Source: Spirochaetia bacterium
Lineage (GTDB): Bacteria > Spirochaetota > Spirochaetia > DSM-2461
Assembly: GCA_963666985.2 (NCBI GenBank)
Contig: CAXXIA010000002.1
Location: 992,001 to 1,056,000 of the forward strand
DNA: 64,000 nt
Reading direction: 5' to 3'
A program made the position numbers and the translations under genes. The notes beneath the pieces are model-generated. The model did not search any database. It was not told the origin of the DNA and saw nothing but the letters and a program-made list of their open reading frames with translations. Below, piece by piece: positions 1 to 10,763 of this stretch. Numbering within the stretch: position 1 is the first letter of the stretch; every line of letters starts with the position of its first letter.

Positions 1-200
1 TTCTCGCCGTCGATGAAATACTCTCCGCCGTCGCGCGCATGGGCCCCGGTCATAACCTTGATAAGGGTAGATTTTCCGGCGCCGTTTTCACCGCACAGCG
101 CATGGATTTCACCCGACAGCAAGGTAAACGAAACATTGCTTAACGCCTTGACTCCCGGAAACAGCTTTGTAATATTCCGCAATTCAATGAACGGATGCAA
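1..200 (-). CDS. Sugar ABC transporter ATP-binding protein (RbsA/MglA type), 5' part only, runs off the window
   Basis: Reverse strand reads [54 protein letters not shown] with Walker [17 protein letters not shown] at 209-213. Not in the supplied ORF track because it is truncated. Confidence 0.9.
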   Translation of the reverse strand, partial: MHPFIELRNITKLFPGVKALSNVSFTLLSGEIHALCGENGAGKSTLIKVMTGAHARDGGEYFIDGE

Positions 201-297
201 AAACACCACCTCCGATCTGTTATTCAGTCAGTCGCATTTCCGCATGTCATAATGCAAAACCACTCGACTCAAATCTCCATTGAATGAAAATCGCCTT

Positions 298-327
298 ATG
301 GTAGGTTGAGGAATTTTCTTCTGTCAA
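298..327 (-). promoter_or_regulatory. Putative sigma70 promoter for the sugar ABC operon
   Basis: TTGACA (327-322), 18 nt, TACCAT (303-298) on the minus strand; a GCGTTT-N6-AAACGC dyad lies just upstream at 339-356. Confidence 0.45.
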
Positions 328-641
328 ACTTAAAAGGCGCGTTTGTACAAAAACGCACTTGCATGCTACAAAATCGATATCAAATTCACATTATCAGGAT
401 CGATTATCGGATTCTCCACCGCACCGATCGGCTCCATGGCCGATGAGAAGAAACCATGCCGATCCGATCGTTTAATTCCGTTACCAATCGCCGATAATCC
501 CGGCGGGATTCCCGATAATTCGGCTTTGTTTTTCACGAATACGGCTTTCTGCCCTGATGTGGCTTGTCGTCAAACTTACCATACCGGAGAGATGGCCGTA
601 TCCTTTTTTCTATTCACGGAGATTTTTGAAAGAGCCTCATT

Positions 642-980
642 CTAATTGTTAATTGCCGTCGTATGGGTAATTCGCCCTTGAATAACGGCAATGCCGGAAC
701 GGGATCCGTCCAGCATTTCGGAACCGGTTTGGCCCCATCGGATGTCGTATGTGCCGGCGCCGACACCGAAAACTTCGGTTTCTCCATCCGCCAGCTCTCC
801 ATTAAGCAAATCCTCGGCGCCGTCCCATCCGCTGCCGGACGGAACTATATTCACCCATCCCAGTGTATGACCGCTGGCGTTCTCCAAAGCAATTCCGGTA
901 TCGATATCGGAACCGCACCCGATCAATCCGATAAAAACCGCAGCCGAGAAAACGATTAAAAGCTTGCTTTTTTTCATCAT
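642..980 (-). CDS. Small putative lipoprotein of unknown function
   Basis: MKKSKLLIVFSAAVFIGLIG-C lipobox followed by about 90 aa of beta-rich sequence (ENASGHTL...P...W..EDLL...L..GE...YDIR). Confidence 0.75.
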   Translation of the reverse strand: MMKKSKLLIVFSAAVFIGLIGCGSDIDTGIALENASGHTLGWVNIVPSGSGWDGAEDLLNGELADGETEVFGVGAGTYDIRWGQTGSEMLDGSRSGIAVIQGRITHTTAINN

Positions 981-1012
981 ACCCTAAAAATAACGTACAG
1001 CTGTTACCTTAT

Positions 1013-1036
1013 CGTCCCAAAATGCACAATGGGACG
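1013..1036. promoter_or_regulatory. Inverted repeat, candidate operator for the adjacent AraC regulator
   Basis: CGTCCCA-N10-TGGGACG, about 33 nt upstream of the lipoprotein start, in the divergent intergenic region. Confidence 0.45.
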
Positions 1037-1253
1037 CCCTCCATAGCGGAAAGAAGCCTCAATACGATAACTCTCGGTTTCCAATCATCATCGCCGGTGG
1101 AGGCCGAAATCTTCATGTTTTCTTGCGGCCCGGGAAACGGTTTTTCAACCGGCCGAATCTTCATCAGGTGCGGCCGAACGGGGACTTCCAAGAGCGTTTC
1201 TACGTTTTTCCGTAATCTATCGATCGGTATTCACTCATGATATACTCAACCTC

Positions 1254-2399
1254 ATGCGGGTTCTTTCCCTCATCACCGCGCTCGGCGCTCTTCAAGGCGC
1301 TCTGCTTCTCCTCTTCATTGGGTTTAGGGAACGTCACCCCAAGACAACACCGCTCGCCCTTCTGCTGCTCGTTTTCTCGGCAAGGCTGGCCACCATTCCT
1401 ACCTGGAATGCGACAACGCTGATCGATAAACCCTGGATTTATCCCCTCACGGCACCGCTTCCATTCCTCTTCGGATTTCTCTTATGGTGGTATGCTGAAG
1501 AAATCAGCCGCGACGAATCCGCACGCCCGCGAAGGCTGCCGCTTCATTTTATTCCCTGGTTCGCCGAGACTGCGGCGGTGACTTACACCGTTCTCAAATC
1601 CAATCCCGAAGAATACCGACTGCTCATCAATTCAATATTCGCCGGCGATCCGCCGCTCTGGCTTCCGGTAAGGAACGCTCTCAAAGTGACGGTGAATCTG
1701 GTCTATATAATCCTGACGGCGCGAATCGCTTTCGGGAAAAAAGCGTCTCGATATTCACCCGAGCGGCGTATTCGGCTCCGATCCATCGTGATTATTCCGA
1801 CTCTTGTCCTCTTATTCTTTGCCTACGTGGCCGTTGTGCCCGGCGCGACGGAAAATCTTTCCGACGGCTCCCCGGAACCCTTTCTCTTTCTGGCCGGCGC
1901 CATGGCGCTCTTAATCTACACCATATCGTTCCTCCAGCTCGCTGCCCCGGATATCCCCGGGCATCGAGTCGATAAGCCGACACAAGCGAAAGACGCTTTG
2001 TGTCCGCCGGAAGAGTGCCTTCGCCTGATGAGGCGTCTCGACGAGCATTTTGATTCCGGAGCCTTCCGCGACCCGGATCTCACGCTCAAGGATCTGGCCT
2101 CCCGCCTGAACGTCAACGCGAATCGGCTTTCTTACGCCGTCAACCGGACGGCGGGAATTTCTTTCCGATGCCTTCTAAACCGGCGAAGGCTGGCGGACTT
2201 TCTCAAACAGGCCGAAGAAGCGAAAAAGCGGCGCTGTTCCTTCCTGGATATGGCCTTCAACGCGGGATTCCCCTCTAAGAGTACTTTCAATCGAGTTTTC
2301 CGCGAGGAATACGGCATGACTCCCAGCGCGTATCTGGCAGAACAAAATCCGAAAAAGGACTCCCCGACCGAAATTCAAGAGGATTCAAGGCCTGTGTAA
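1254..2399 (+). CDS. Membrane-anchored AraC-family transcriptional regulator
   Basis: About 6 N-terminal hydrophobic segments; C-terminal AraC HTH (FRDPDLTLKDLASRL...AFNAGFPSKSTFNRVFREEYGMTPSAY). Confidence 0.9.
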   Translation: MRVLSLITALGALQGALLLLFIGFRERHPKTTPLALLLLVFSARLATIPTWNATTLIDKPWIYPLTAPLPFLFGFLLWWYAEEISRDESARPRRLPLHFIPWFAETAAVTYTVLKSNPEEYRLLINSIFAGDPPLWLPVRNALKVTVNLVYIILTARIAFGKKASRYSPERRIRLRSIVIIPTLVLLFFAYVAVVPGATENLSDGSPEPFLFLAGAMALLIYTISFLQLAAPDIPGHRVDKPTQAKDALCPPEECLRLMRRLDEHFDSGAFRDPDLTLKDLASRLNVNANRLSYAVNRTAGISFRCLLNRRRLADFLKQAEEAKKRRCSFLDMAFNAGFPSKSTFNRVFREEYGMTPSAYLAEQNPKKDSPTEIQEDSRPV

Positions 2400-2459
2400 A
2401 ATCAATTTCACTTCCGCTTCGTTTCGACCGAAAATTTGAATCGTAAGGGGATGAACTTC

Positions 2460-3167
2460 ATGAGGAGAAATCTGTACCGAATCACCAATATTGTTCTGTT
2501 CGGCGCTCTATCGGCGGCATCGACCTTATGCGCCACGTTTGATACGGACCTCCATCACCGGATTCTCAATACTTTCGAACCCTCCGAACCGTATCTCACT
2601 CGGGATACGATTATGCTCAGCTACACCGGTACCGGCGGAACCCAAGTCGTTTCCCTGGCGATGGAACATGAAAATTACAGAGCTTTCCACACATACAAAA
2701 AAAACGAACACGGCGTTTTCATACTGACCATTCCCATACCGAAAGACAGAGATGAACTGAGATACCGACTCGTCGTGGACGGACTCTGGACGGTCGATCC
2801 GAACGCCCCTTCGGAAATCGACGGCAGAGGTGTGGCGGTATCATGCATTATGCTTCCCTCTCGCTCCACAACACCCGCTCCCGGCGTAACGCATCTTGAC
2901 GACGGCAGAACCATGTTTACCTACTACGGCACTCCGGGATCCCGCGTTTCACTCATCGGAGACTTCAACCGATGGGATCCGTTTTTAACTCCCATGGAAG
3001 AATCACCGGTTCATCCGGGAGTATACAGCGCGACCCTCCGGCTGCCGCGAGCGGCACGCCACTACAGGTATGTTATCGACGGCTCGGAAACGGCCGATCC
3101 GAAAAATCCCCTGGAAGCCGCGAACGGATGGGGAGAAGTCTCCTCCATCGTGCCTCAAAGGCTTTAG
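2460..3167 (+). CDS. Exported protein with two CBM48/AMPK-beta-like glycogen-binding (E-set) domains
   Basis: Signal-peptide-like N-terminus; two modules, YRLVVDGLWTVDPN and VSLIGDFNRWDP...YRYVIDG...DPKNP. Start at ATG 2460 or 2451. Confidence 0.8.
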   Translation: MRRNLYRITNIVLFGALSAASTLCATFDTDLHHRILNTFEPSEPYLTRDTIMLSYTGTGGTQVVSLAMEHENYRAFHTYKKNEHGVFILTIPIPKDRDELRYRLVVDGLWTVDPNAPSEIDGRGVAVSCIMLPSRSTTPAPGVTHLDDGRTMFTYYGTPGSRVSLIGDFNRWDPFLTPMEESPVHPGVYSATLRLPRAARHYRYVIDGSETADPKNPLEAANGWGEVSSIVPQRL

Positions 3168-3274
3168 CGGACTGTTGAAAATCCGCCGGCGGCTCCGGAA
3201 AAACGGAGAGATTCACCAAGACTCTTCGGCGAAGAACAATGATGTGACAACCGTCACTTCCAACGACCCGAGAA

Positions 3275-4180
3275 TTGCACCACAATAGTCGTGTGACAGT
3301 AGCCGACTTCAAACAGCAGATCATCAGCATGGGCGACAACCTGAAAGGGAACTACGCCTTCACACCGGACAACGTTTTCCAGGAAGGCTGTCCGACGAAT
3401 AAAGAAATCATCGGACGAATCGTTGAAGCCCTGATGCTCCCCGGCAGCAGAATCGACAATATCGAATCACTCATCGAATTCCGCAGGCGCAGTCTGGAAG
3501 GCCAATCCTGTCTGCTCCTGGTCGAGCATTACAGCAATTTTGATTTTCCGGCTTTTTACAGACTTATGGAGAACACCCCCCGGCTCGGCCCCGAGGCCGC
3601 GGCGGCCCTTCTTCCCATTCGCGGCATGAAACTCAGCGAGGCCACGCCCGTTACGGCGGCATTCGTCCGCTCCTACGATACCATCGTTATTTATCCGAGC
3701 CGCTCACTGGATGCCATTAAAAATCCGGAAGAACTCGAGAAAACACGCCGCATCAGCGTTCCCATCAATCATGCGGCGATGAAAGAGATGATCACGAGGA
3801 AGCACAGCGGACGCATCATTACGGTTTTTCCCGCGGGAACCCGCTACCGCCCGTGGGATCCCGATTCACGAAAAGGAGTGAGGGAAATCCATTCCTACGT
3901 TAAAACCTTCGACAACGTGATGTTCATGGCGATCAACGGCAACATCCTTCCTCCGCATGAATCCGACGACATGGCGAAAGATTCGCCCACTAAAGATCTT
4001 CTCATCTTCACCTGTTCGCGAATCGTCGGCGGGAAACAATTCCGCAAGGAATCCGAATTATCGTCTCCGGAAGGCATAGACCCGAAACAGCACGTCGTGA
4101 ACCGAGTGATGGAAGAATTAAGGAAACTCCACGATAGTGTGGAAGTCGAACGCCTGAAGGAACTTAAGGCGCTCGATTAA
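3275..4180 (+). CDS. Glycerol-3-phosphate / lysophospholipid acyltransferase (PlsB/PlsC superfamily)
   Basis: HxxxxD motif (EHYSNFD) and FPAGTR motif; TTG start uncertain. Confidence 0.85.
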   Translation: MHHNSRVTVADFKQQIISMGDNLKGNYAFTPDNVFQEGCPTNKEIIGRIVEALMLPGSRIDNIESLIEFRRRSLEGQSCLLLVEHYSNFDFPAFYRLMENTPRLGPEAAAALLPIRGMKLSEATPVTAAFVRSYDTIVIYPSRSLDAIKNPEELEKTRRISVPINHAAMKEMITRKHSGRIITVFPAGTRYRPWDPDSRKGVREIHSYVKTFDNVMFMAINGNILPPHESDDMAKDSPTKDLLIFTCSRIVGGKQFRKESELSSPEGIDPKQHVVNRVMEELRKLHDSVEVERLKELKALD

Positions 4181-5127
4181 TCGCTCCCGGCTTCTTTCCG
4201 CCAAAAAACCGCGACCCGTTCGAATCCCTTCCTCTCCAAGAAACCGGCAAGGAGTTCATCACCGCCGGTCCTGAAGCTTAGCGAACGGGCTCCCCTTTGG
4301 AGTACCTCTTCGAACGCACTCTCGGTAAGCTTGCGGCCGATGCCCAGTCCCCTGTATCCCGGCCTGACGCAAACTTGTAAAAGACGGCCGTCCGCATCGG
4401 CTCCGTTTTCCGAGACTGTAAACCAGGAGAAACCGACGATGTCTCCGGAGGGAGACTCGGCCACACAAAGATCTTCCGGCAAAGGCGCCTCGGCCGAACC
4501 TTCCGCGGAGGCGGACGCCGACGATTCCTCAGCCGTACCCGCCCGGCCGCGAAATGAAAACCGTATCCGCTCCTCGGGCGTCAGACCGGGAACGGACTCT
4601 CTCTCGGCGTCTGTTATCCAGGCACAAACAGCATCAAGATCATCCGTTCGTCCCGGCCGGAAAACAAAATCGGTCAAAGTCAACTCTTCCCAATCCTCGG
4701 GTTCCGCTTCCAAAGACTCCAGCGCAAGAGCTTCCGACCACCTGGAGAGCCAGGCAAGAGCAATACGGCGCATTTCCCGCTTTTTGAACCGAAACCAAAG
4801 AGACTCAATTTCGGGCCTCTCCTTTAAAGCATCCTTAAAACGGCGAAAAACTCCCGAACCGGAATGAAGAATGTGCTGAAGGCGGGAACGATAAACCTCA
4901 TCCGAGAGAGTCCCGACGAATCCGTCCATCAGCCGAAATCCTTCCGTCGGCCCCCAGGGGGGCATTGGAATAAAACCGGCCGGCGCCAAACCGCTTCCTT
5001 CGATGGTTTTTACAGCACCGTCGGCGGGATTAAGAAAGAGCCGTTCCTTCTGATTTTCCATTCCGTAGACCACGCGATCCAGGATTTCTTCGGTTATCTC
5101 AAGCCTTTTTTCGCTCATCCTCATCAT
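4177..5127 (-). CDS. UPF0158 domain fused to a C-terminal GNAT acetyltransferase
   Basis: N-terminal GFRLMDGFV...GSGVFRRFKDAL...W resembles UPF0158; C-terminal VCVRPGYRGLGIGRKL is an acetyl-CoA motif A. Start probably 5127 or 5118 (ORF open to 5232). Confidence 0.8.
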   Translation of the reverse strand: MMRMSEKRLEITEEILDRVVYGMENQKERLFLNPADGAVKTIEGSGLAPAGFIPMPPWGPTEGFRLMDGFVGTLSDEVYRSRLQHILHSGSGVFRRFKDALKERPEIESLWFRFKKREMRRIALAWLSRWSEALALESLEAEPEDWEELTLTDFVFRPGRTDDLDAVCAWITDAERESVPGLTPEERIRFSFRGRAGTAEESSASASAEGSAEAPLPEDLCVAESPSGDIVGFSWFTVSENGADADGRLLQVCVRPGYRGLGIGRKLTESAFEEVLQRGARSLSFRTGGDELLAGFLERKGFERVAVFWRKEAGSD

Positions 5128-5281
5128 ACTATCTCGGATTCGGTCTCCGCGACAGATGAAATGGGAAACAGAACGTTCGGCATCAAGAATTACCGCATGA
5201 GCGGAATCGGAAACCCCACCTTGACCCGCCACCCCTTAAAGGCCGATATTTAACATCGAATCACCCACATTAGGAGAATAA

Positions 5282-6592
<1,311 letters not shown>

Positions 6593-6720
6593 TCCTCTTC
6601 GGCAATCACGAGGAAGCCGGGCGCGGATACGCGGGGATAGAGATCTTCGGCACGTCAATTCGTGATAAGGATTTATCGGCGCCGCACTTCTTGCGTGAAA
6701 GTTCGCGTTAAGGAATTATC

Positions 6721-6758
6721 GGGGCTGTCTCATAAGTTTTGAGACAGCCCCTTTTTTT
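6721..6758 (+). terminator. Intrinsic terminator downstream of eno
   Basis: GGGGCTGTCTCA-loop7-TGAGACAGCCCC followed by T7. Confidence 0.85.
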
Positions 6759-7035
6759 CGCCGGATTTTTTTAGCGTCCCCGCCCGCCCCCGCAAAGGAG
6801 ACAAGCGGCGGGAAATGTCGGTTCCGGCACGGTCCGGCAATACGAGGTTCGTGCCGGCGAAGATCATCGATGAACAACAGAATTTCCCAACATCTGTTTC
6901 TTTTCCGTACGGAATCCCCGCCGACATTCAGCCAAAGTTCTCCGTCATCCGAATATAAAAAACCATTTCAAATGAATATACTTTCTTTTAGATTGTATGG
7001 ATCATGAAATCCATGATTGGGTGAGGGAGATTCCT

Positions 7036-7500
7036 ATGAAAAAAGGCTTGTTCCTGTTCTTTGCATGTTGCCTGCCGTATTTTTTGCCCGCGGAAAGCAT
7101 CAACGATTCCGACGCGATCAACAGCGGAGGGAACGTCTATATCGCCGACGCCAATGCTTATGAAAACGGGCAAGGATTCAACATCGTCATCGCGTTAACC
7201 AACACGTCGGAAGATGAGTTTAATTACCTCCTCGAAGGCACCGACAACAAGGATTCCTACACCCTTGTTGAAAGCCGTTTCGAAGGCGATCATGGTTTGC
7301 TGATATTCCATCTTCAAGATCTGTCCCGACTCCGGGATTTGAATCATGACATAGGAAATCTTGAAGTCCTCTACGATGGAGAGGCTGAAAATGAACGGGC
7401 TTTTCAGCTTCGGCGCTATGTTTACCAATTCGACTTCGCCAAGGAAACCGGTTCCGGCGAACAGACGCCCGAAAACATCGAAGGCGAGGTGATTCAATGA
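7036..7500 (+). CDS. Hypothetical exported acidic protein
   Basis: GGAG RBS then MKKGLFLFFACCLPYFLPA signal peptide; stop overlaps the next start (ATGA). Confidence 0.7.
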   Translation: MKKGLFLFFACCLPYFLPAESINDSDAINSGGNVYIADANAYENGQGFNIVIALTNTSEDEFNYLLEGTDNKDSYTLVESRFEGDHGLLIFHLQDLSRLRDLNHDIGNLEVLYDGEAENERAFQLRRYVYQFDFAKETGSGEQTPENIEGEVIQ

Positions 7501-8405
7501 TCCGAAAAAATATTCCTTTCATGCTCCTTCCACTTTTCGCATCCGCTGTTTTCTTCTCCTGCAGTTCGCTGCCTCCTCAAGGTATTCCGGCGGAAGAATT
7601 CGGGATGTATCAAATCGCGGGGAACGATGATTCCCGGCCCGAAAAGAGAACGCTCGCGGATGCCGAAATCTCGGAATCGAACGGCGATGATATCCGATGG
7701 ACAAGCGTGAGCAACGCCACGTTCGTGTATCACGGCATTTCGATGGATGACTTCACGTCTCTCTGCGCGGCGGTGGACCTAGCCTGTTCGGAGAATAAAG
7801 ACGATATCTTCGCTCAGTTTTTTTCTCGGGAGCCGTCATCCGAGACGAAATTCGGAGCGATACCGGCGAACGAGGACTTCAAGACCTATTACGACGAAGA
7901 GAAGGCATTGGGCTGCCAGCAGCTTCTTTCGAGGGCGGGAGCCGAGGCTTTCGGAGATGCGGATCTTCGTTCGAACCTGGACGAAATGAATCTGTCGGTT
8001 GAATCCTTGCCGCAATTGTTCTTCGCCGCGAATGCGTCCCGCGAAGAGAACGAACCTTTTTCATTGAGCGGCTACTATATCAAGCTCGAATACCGGGGGC
8101 ATAACCGGGATCTCATTCGTTCGTCGTACGGCAGCATTCGTATCGCGATCAAGCTGGATGCGCGTACGCCCGTCGACGTCGGCGGATTTAAAGCGACGAC
8201 AAGCGGGACCGGCAGCTTCTATTTTTCCGGTGAACCCAGCCTTTCCCGAATTATCGACGGCATCGTCTTGATCGTTGATGAGAACGGGAATAAGGTTGAG
8301 GTCCGGGAAAAACCGGAGACCGGAAAGTGGTGCGTCCACGTTGCGGGGCGAAAGGACAATGCGCCGTATGAGTTCGATTTCGAGATCGACGCCTTGAACA
8401 AGTAA
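7497..8405 (+). CDS. Hypothetical lipoprotein
   Basis: MIRKNIPFMLLPLFASAVFFS-C spirochaetal-type lipobox; 302 aa ORF translationally coupled to the upstream gene. Confidence 0.75.
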   Translation: MIRKNIPFMLLPLFASAVFFSCSSLPPQGIPAEEFGMYQIAGNDDSRPEKRTLADAEISESNGDDIRWTSVSNATFVYHGISMDDFTSLCAAVDLACSENKDDIFAQFFSREPSSETKFGAIPANEDFKTYYDEEKALGCQQLLSRAGAEAFGDADLRSNLDEMNLSVESLPQLFFAANASREENEPFSLSGYYIKLEYRGHNRDLIRSSYGSIRIAIKLDARTPVDVGGFKATTSGTGSFYFSGEPSLSRIIDGIVLIVDENGNKVEVREKPETGKWCVHVAGRKDNAPYEFDFEIDALNK

Positions 8406-8775
8406 TGCCCGAAGCTCCGGGGCACGAGGTTCCGGTCGGGCCTAAGGGGCGGCCGGGATCGGCGGGCATCACCTCCGTCTCGACGGCGGGACGGCCTCGG
8501 GCGGGGTGCGGGAGTTCTCCTTACCGAAAGGAGACGAATTCAAATCGTATGGAAGGTTTCCGGAAACGGCTTCCCGGAACCGTTTCCAACATGGTATTGT
8601 ACACGCATAATATCTGGAAATTTGAAATACAAAAAGTCTATATTACAACTCTGAAAAAACGATAGGGGCTTCGAGTTCGATGAGTAGGATTTTCCTTGGG
8701 ATTCGTTCCGCCGTAAGCATGGCCGGGCGGGAGTTGAGTAATTCTGTGTTTCTCTTAATGAGAAAGGAGGGCCAT

Positions 8776-9951
8776 ATGAGGGTATGGATTTTAAGTTTTT
8801 CTTTGTTCGCCGCCGTTACCGTTTCGTCGTTCGGACAGTCGGCCGCATCCAGCTGCCGGTTGTATTTGACGCTTTCGGATCTGAATCAGAAATACGATGT
8901 GATGCAGGAAATCCTCTCGTTCGACGATCAAACCCTTGAATCGTTCATGGCGGATTCCTTGGACGAACTGGTAACCGGGGCCTTGAGTCACTACAGGTCC
9001 GACCCGGCGGCTTACGATACTTGGGAAAAATTGACATTGAGCATCATCAGGGAACTGGGGGATCTTGAAGGACGCAGCGCCGCCGCGACGGTTTGGGATG
9101 TGGCCAGAACGGTCGATTCTTCCCTCCTGAAGGCCGATTCATACATCGCTTTGGGCAACATGGGCGCCACCGAATACGCTTCGGGCATCGCCCTGGTACT
9201 TCGCAATCTGAATTTCAACACCCGAAGCGATGCGGTCGGAGCCGAGGCGGAAGCTTACGCCGCCGTTTACGCTCTGGGAAAAATGAAAGAAGCCGTGGGT
9301 ATCGAACCCCTGGTGTACGCCTCTTTCGGGTGGTACCGCGACAAAGTGAAGTCTTTGGCCAGAGCTTCCGTCCTTTCGTTCTCCGACGGACTGGAAGAGC
9401 AGATGAGCCGGATAATATCCGATGCGACGGATTCCGGCGACAAGCGGAGAATCCTGACTCTTATGATGGATACCGAAGCTTCCGCCGAGAGCAAAGGTTC
9501 CGTTGCGGTAACGGCGCTTTCCGAAGGCTTGGCATACGCCGAATCGGATAAGTCCTTGAATCGGGAATTGGCCAACCTTCGTCAGGACGCCATCCGCGAT
9601 TTGATCGCATTAAAGGTAAGCGCCCCGAATTCTCCGGACCTGCTCGATAAAGCCATCGACAGAGGCGATCAGGACGAAAAACTGATCGCCATACAAGCTC
9701 TGGGCGCCGACGGAGGAGACGCAGCCGCGGGGGTGCTCGTTCGAAGACTCAATGAAATCAACGCTCGGCAGGATGCCGGCGTGGCTGTCGATCAGGATGA
9801 ACTCGCCGTTCTTCATGCATTGATAGACGCATTGGGCGCATCCGGCAACAAAATGGGACTCGAACCCCTCAACAGCATGATGTATTACGGCTATACGAAC
9901 GCCGTGATCCGCCATTCCCGGCGTGCCATGGCTCAAATCCAGGGGCAATAA
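8776..9951 (+). CDS. Exported HEAT/ARM-like repeat protein
   Basis: AAGGAGG RBS before ATG 8776; signal peptide; recurring helical units (IIRELGDL, YIALGNMG, AVYALGKM, AIQALGADG, LIDALGASG). Confidence 0.8.
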   Translation: MRVWILSFSLFAAVTVSSFGQSAASSCRLYLTLSDLNQKYDVMQEILSFDDQTLESFMADSLDELVTGALSHYRSDPAAYDTWEKLTLSIIRELGDLEGRSAAATVWDVARTVDSSLLKADSYIALGNMGATEYASGIALVLRNLNFNTRSDAVGAEAEAYAAVYALGKMKEAVGIEPLVYASFGWYRDKVKSLARASVLSFSDGLEEQMSRIISDATDSGDKRRILTLMMDTEASAESKGSVAVTALSEGLAYAESDKSLNRELANLRQDAIRDLIALKVSAPNSPDLLDKAIDRGDQDEKLIAIQALGADGGDAAAGVLVRRLNEINARQDAGVAVDQDELAVLHALIDALGASGNKMGLEPLNSMMYYGYTNAVIRHSRRAMAQIQGQ

Positions 9952-10094
9952 CAAGGAAGCACCTATTTTGCCAAGGTGATAAGGGGACCGTTCTTCATGG
10001 TCTTAAGACGGCAAGAATGAAGCCTGTTGGAACGGATTCCCTACCACCCCTCCGGGGACCGGGCCCGTTTGATCGGCCGAGCACGGCGCAGGTT

Positions 10095-10127
10095 CGGTAA
10101 TGGCCGGAGACCATTAGGCCATTACCG
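10095..10127. terminator. Hairpin between convergent genes, probable terminator
   Basis: CGGTAATGGCC-N11-GGCCATTACCG. Confidence 0.5.
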
Positions 10128-10157
10128 GCAGTCACCGTTTTTTATGCTCGCCCGCAA

Positions 10158-10763
10158 TCAGAACCCGAATTCGGAATGAACTTTACCCATCACTTGCTTC
10201 ACCGCTTCATCAATGCCGAGAGATGAAACGTCCAGAGTCATGGTGTAATGGTTCTCTCTGCCCCAGCCGCGGTCAAAACTTCTGTAATAATTTCTGCGTC
10301 TTCTGTCGGTTTTCTTCAATAGCTTCTTAACCGCCTGTTCGGACACGCCAAGCTCACGGGCAAGACCGGTCCGTCTGTGTGTTTCGGAAGCGTGCAGGAA
10401 AACATGCAGCCGATCCGCTCCGTCTCCTTCAAAAGCGATACGGGCGTTCTTATCGACAAAGATGCAGGAGCTCTCTTCTCCGAGCTGTTTTTCGGCCGCG
10501 ATGACGGCCGCGGCGAGCTTCTTATCGGAAGGCAGCTTGATGCCCGCTTCATCTTCCGCCAGAAGATCGTATGCGGCATAAACAAAGTGCTCGTCATATT
10601 TTTTAAAAAGCCTGAGCGGAATCTTGCTGATTTCCGCCGCACGCTCATAGATGTTGCTGCCGTGACAGGGGATTTTCAGCGTTTTCGCCAGAATATCCGC
10701 GATTTCCTTACCGCCGCTGCAGGTTTCCTGCGATATCGTAATAATAAGATTTTCTTTTTTCAT
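10158..10763 (-). CDS. Cytidylate kinase-like family protein
   Basis: IITISQETCSGGKEIADILAKTLKIP, LHVFLHA and DRRRRNYY...W....Y..TLD..LG match the family pattern; ATGA overlap with the permease. Confidence 0.85.
   Translation of the reverse strand: MKKENLIITISQETCSGGKEIADILAKTLKIPCHGSNIYERAAEISKIPLRLFKKYDEHFVYAAYDLLAEDEAGIKLPSDKKLAAAVIAAEKQLGEESSCIFVDKNARIAFEGDGADRLHVFLHASETHRRTGLARELGVSEQAVKKLLKKTDRRRRNYYRSFDRGWGRENHYTMTLDVSSLGIDEAVKQVMGKVHSEFGF

Noticed and set aside
8405..8665. 86-aa ORF coupled to the lipoprotein stop
   Set aside because: Low-complexity Pro/Gly/Arg start, no RBS or motif, and it runs through GC hairpins and a likely promoter region.
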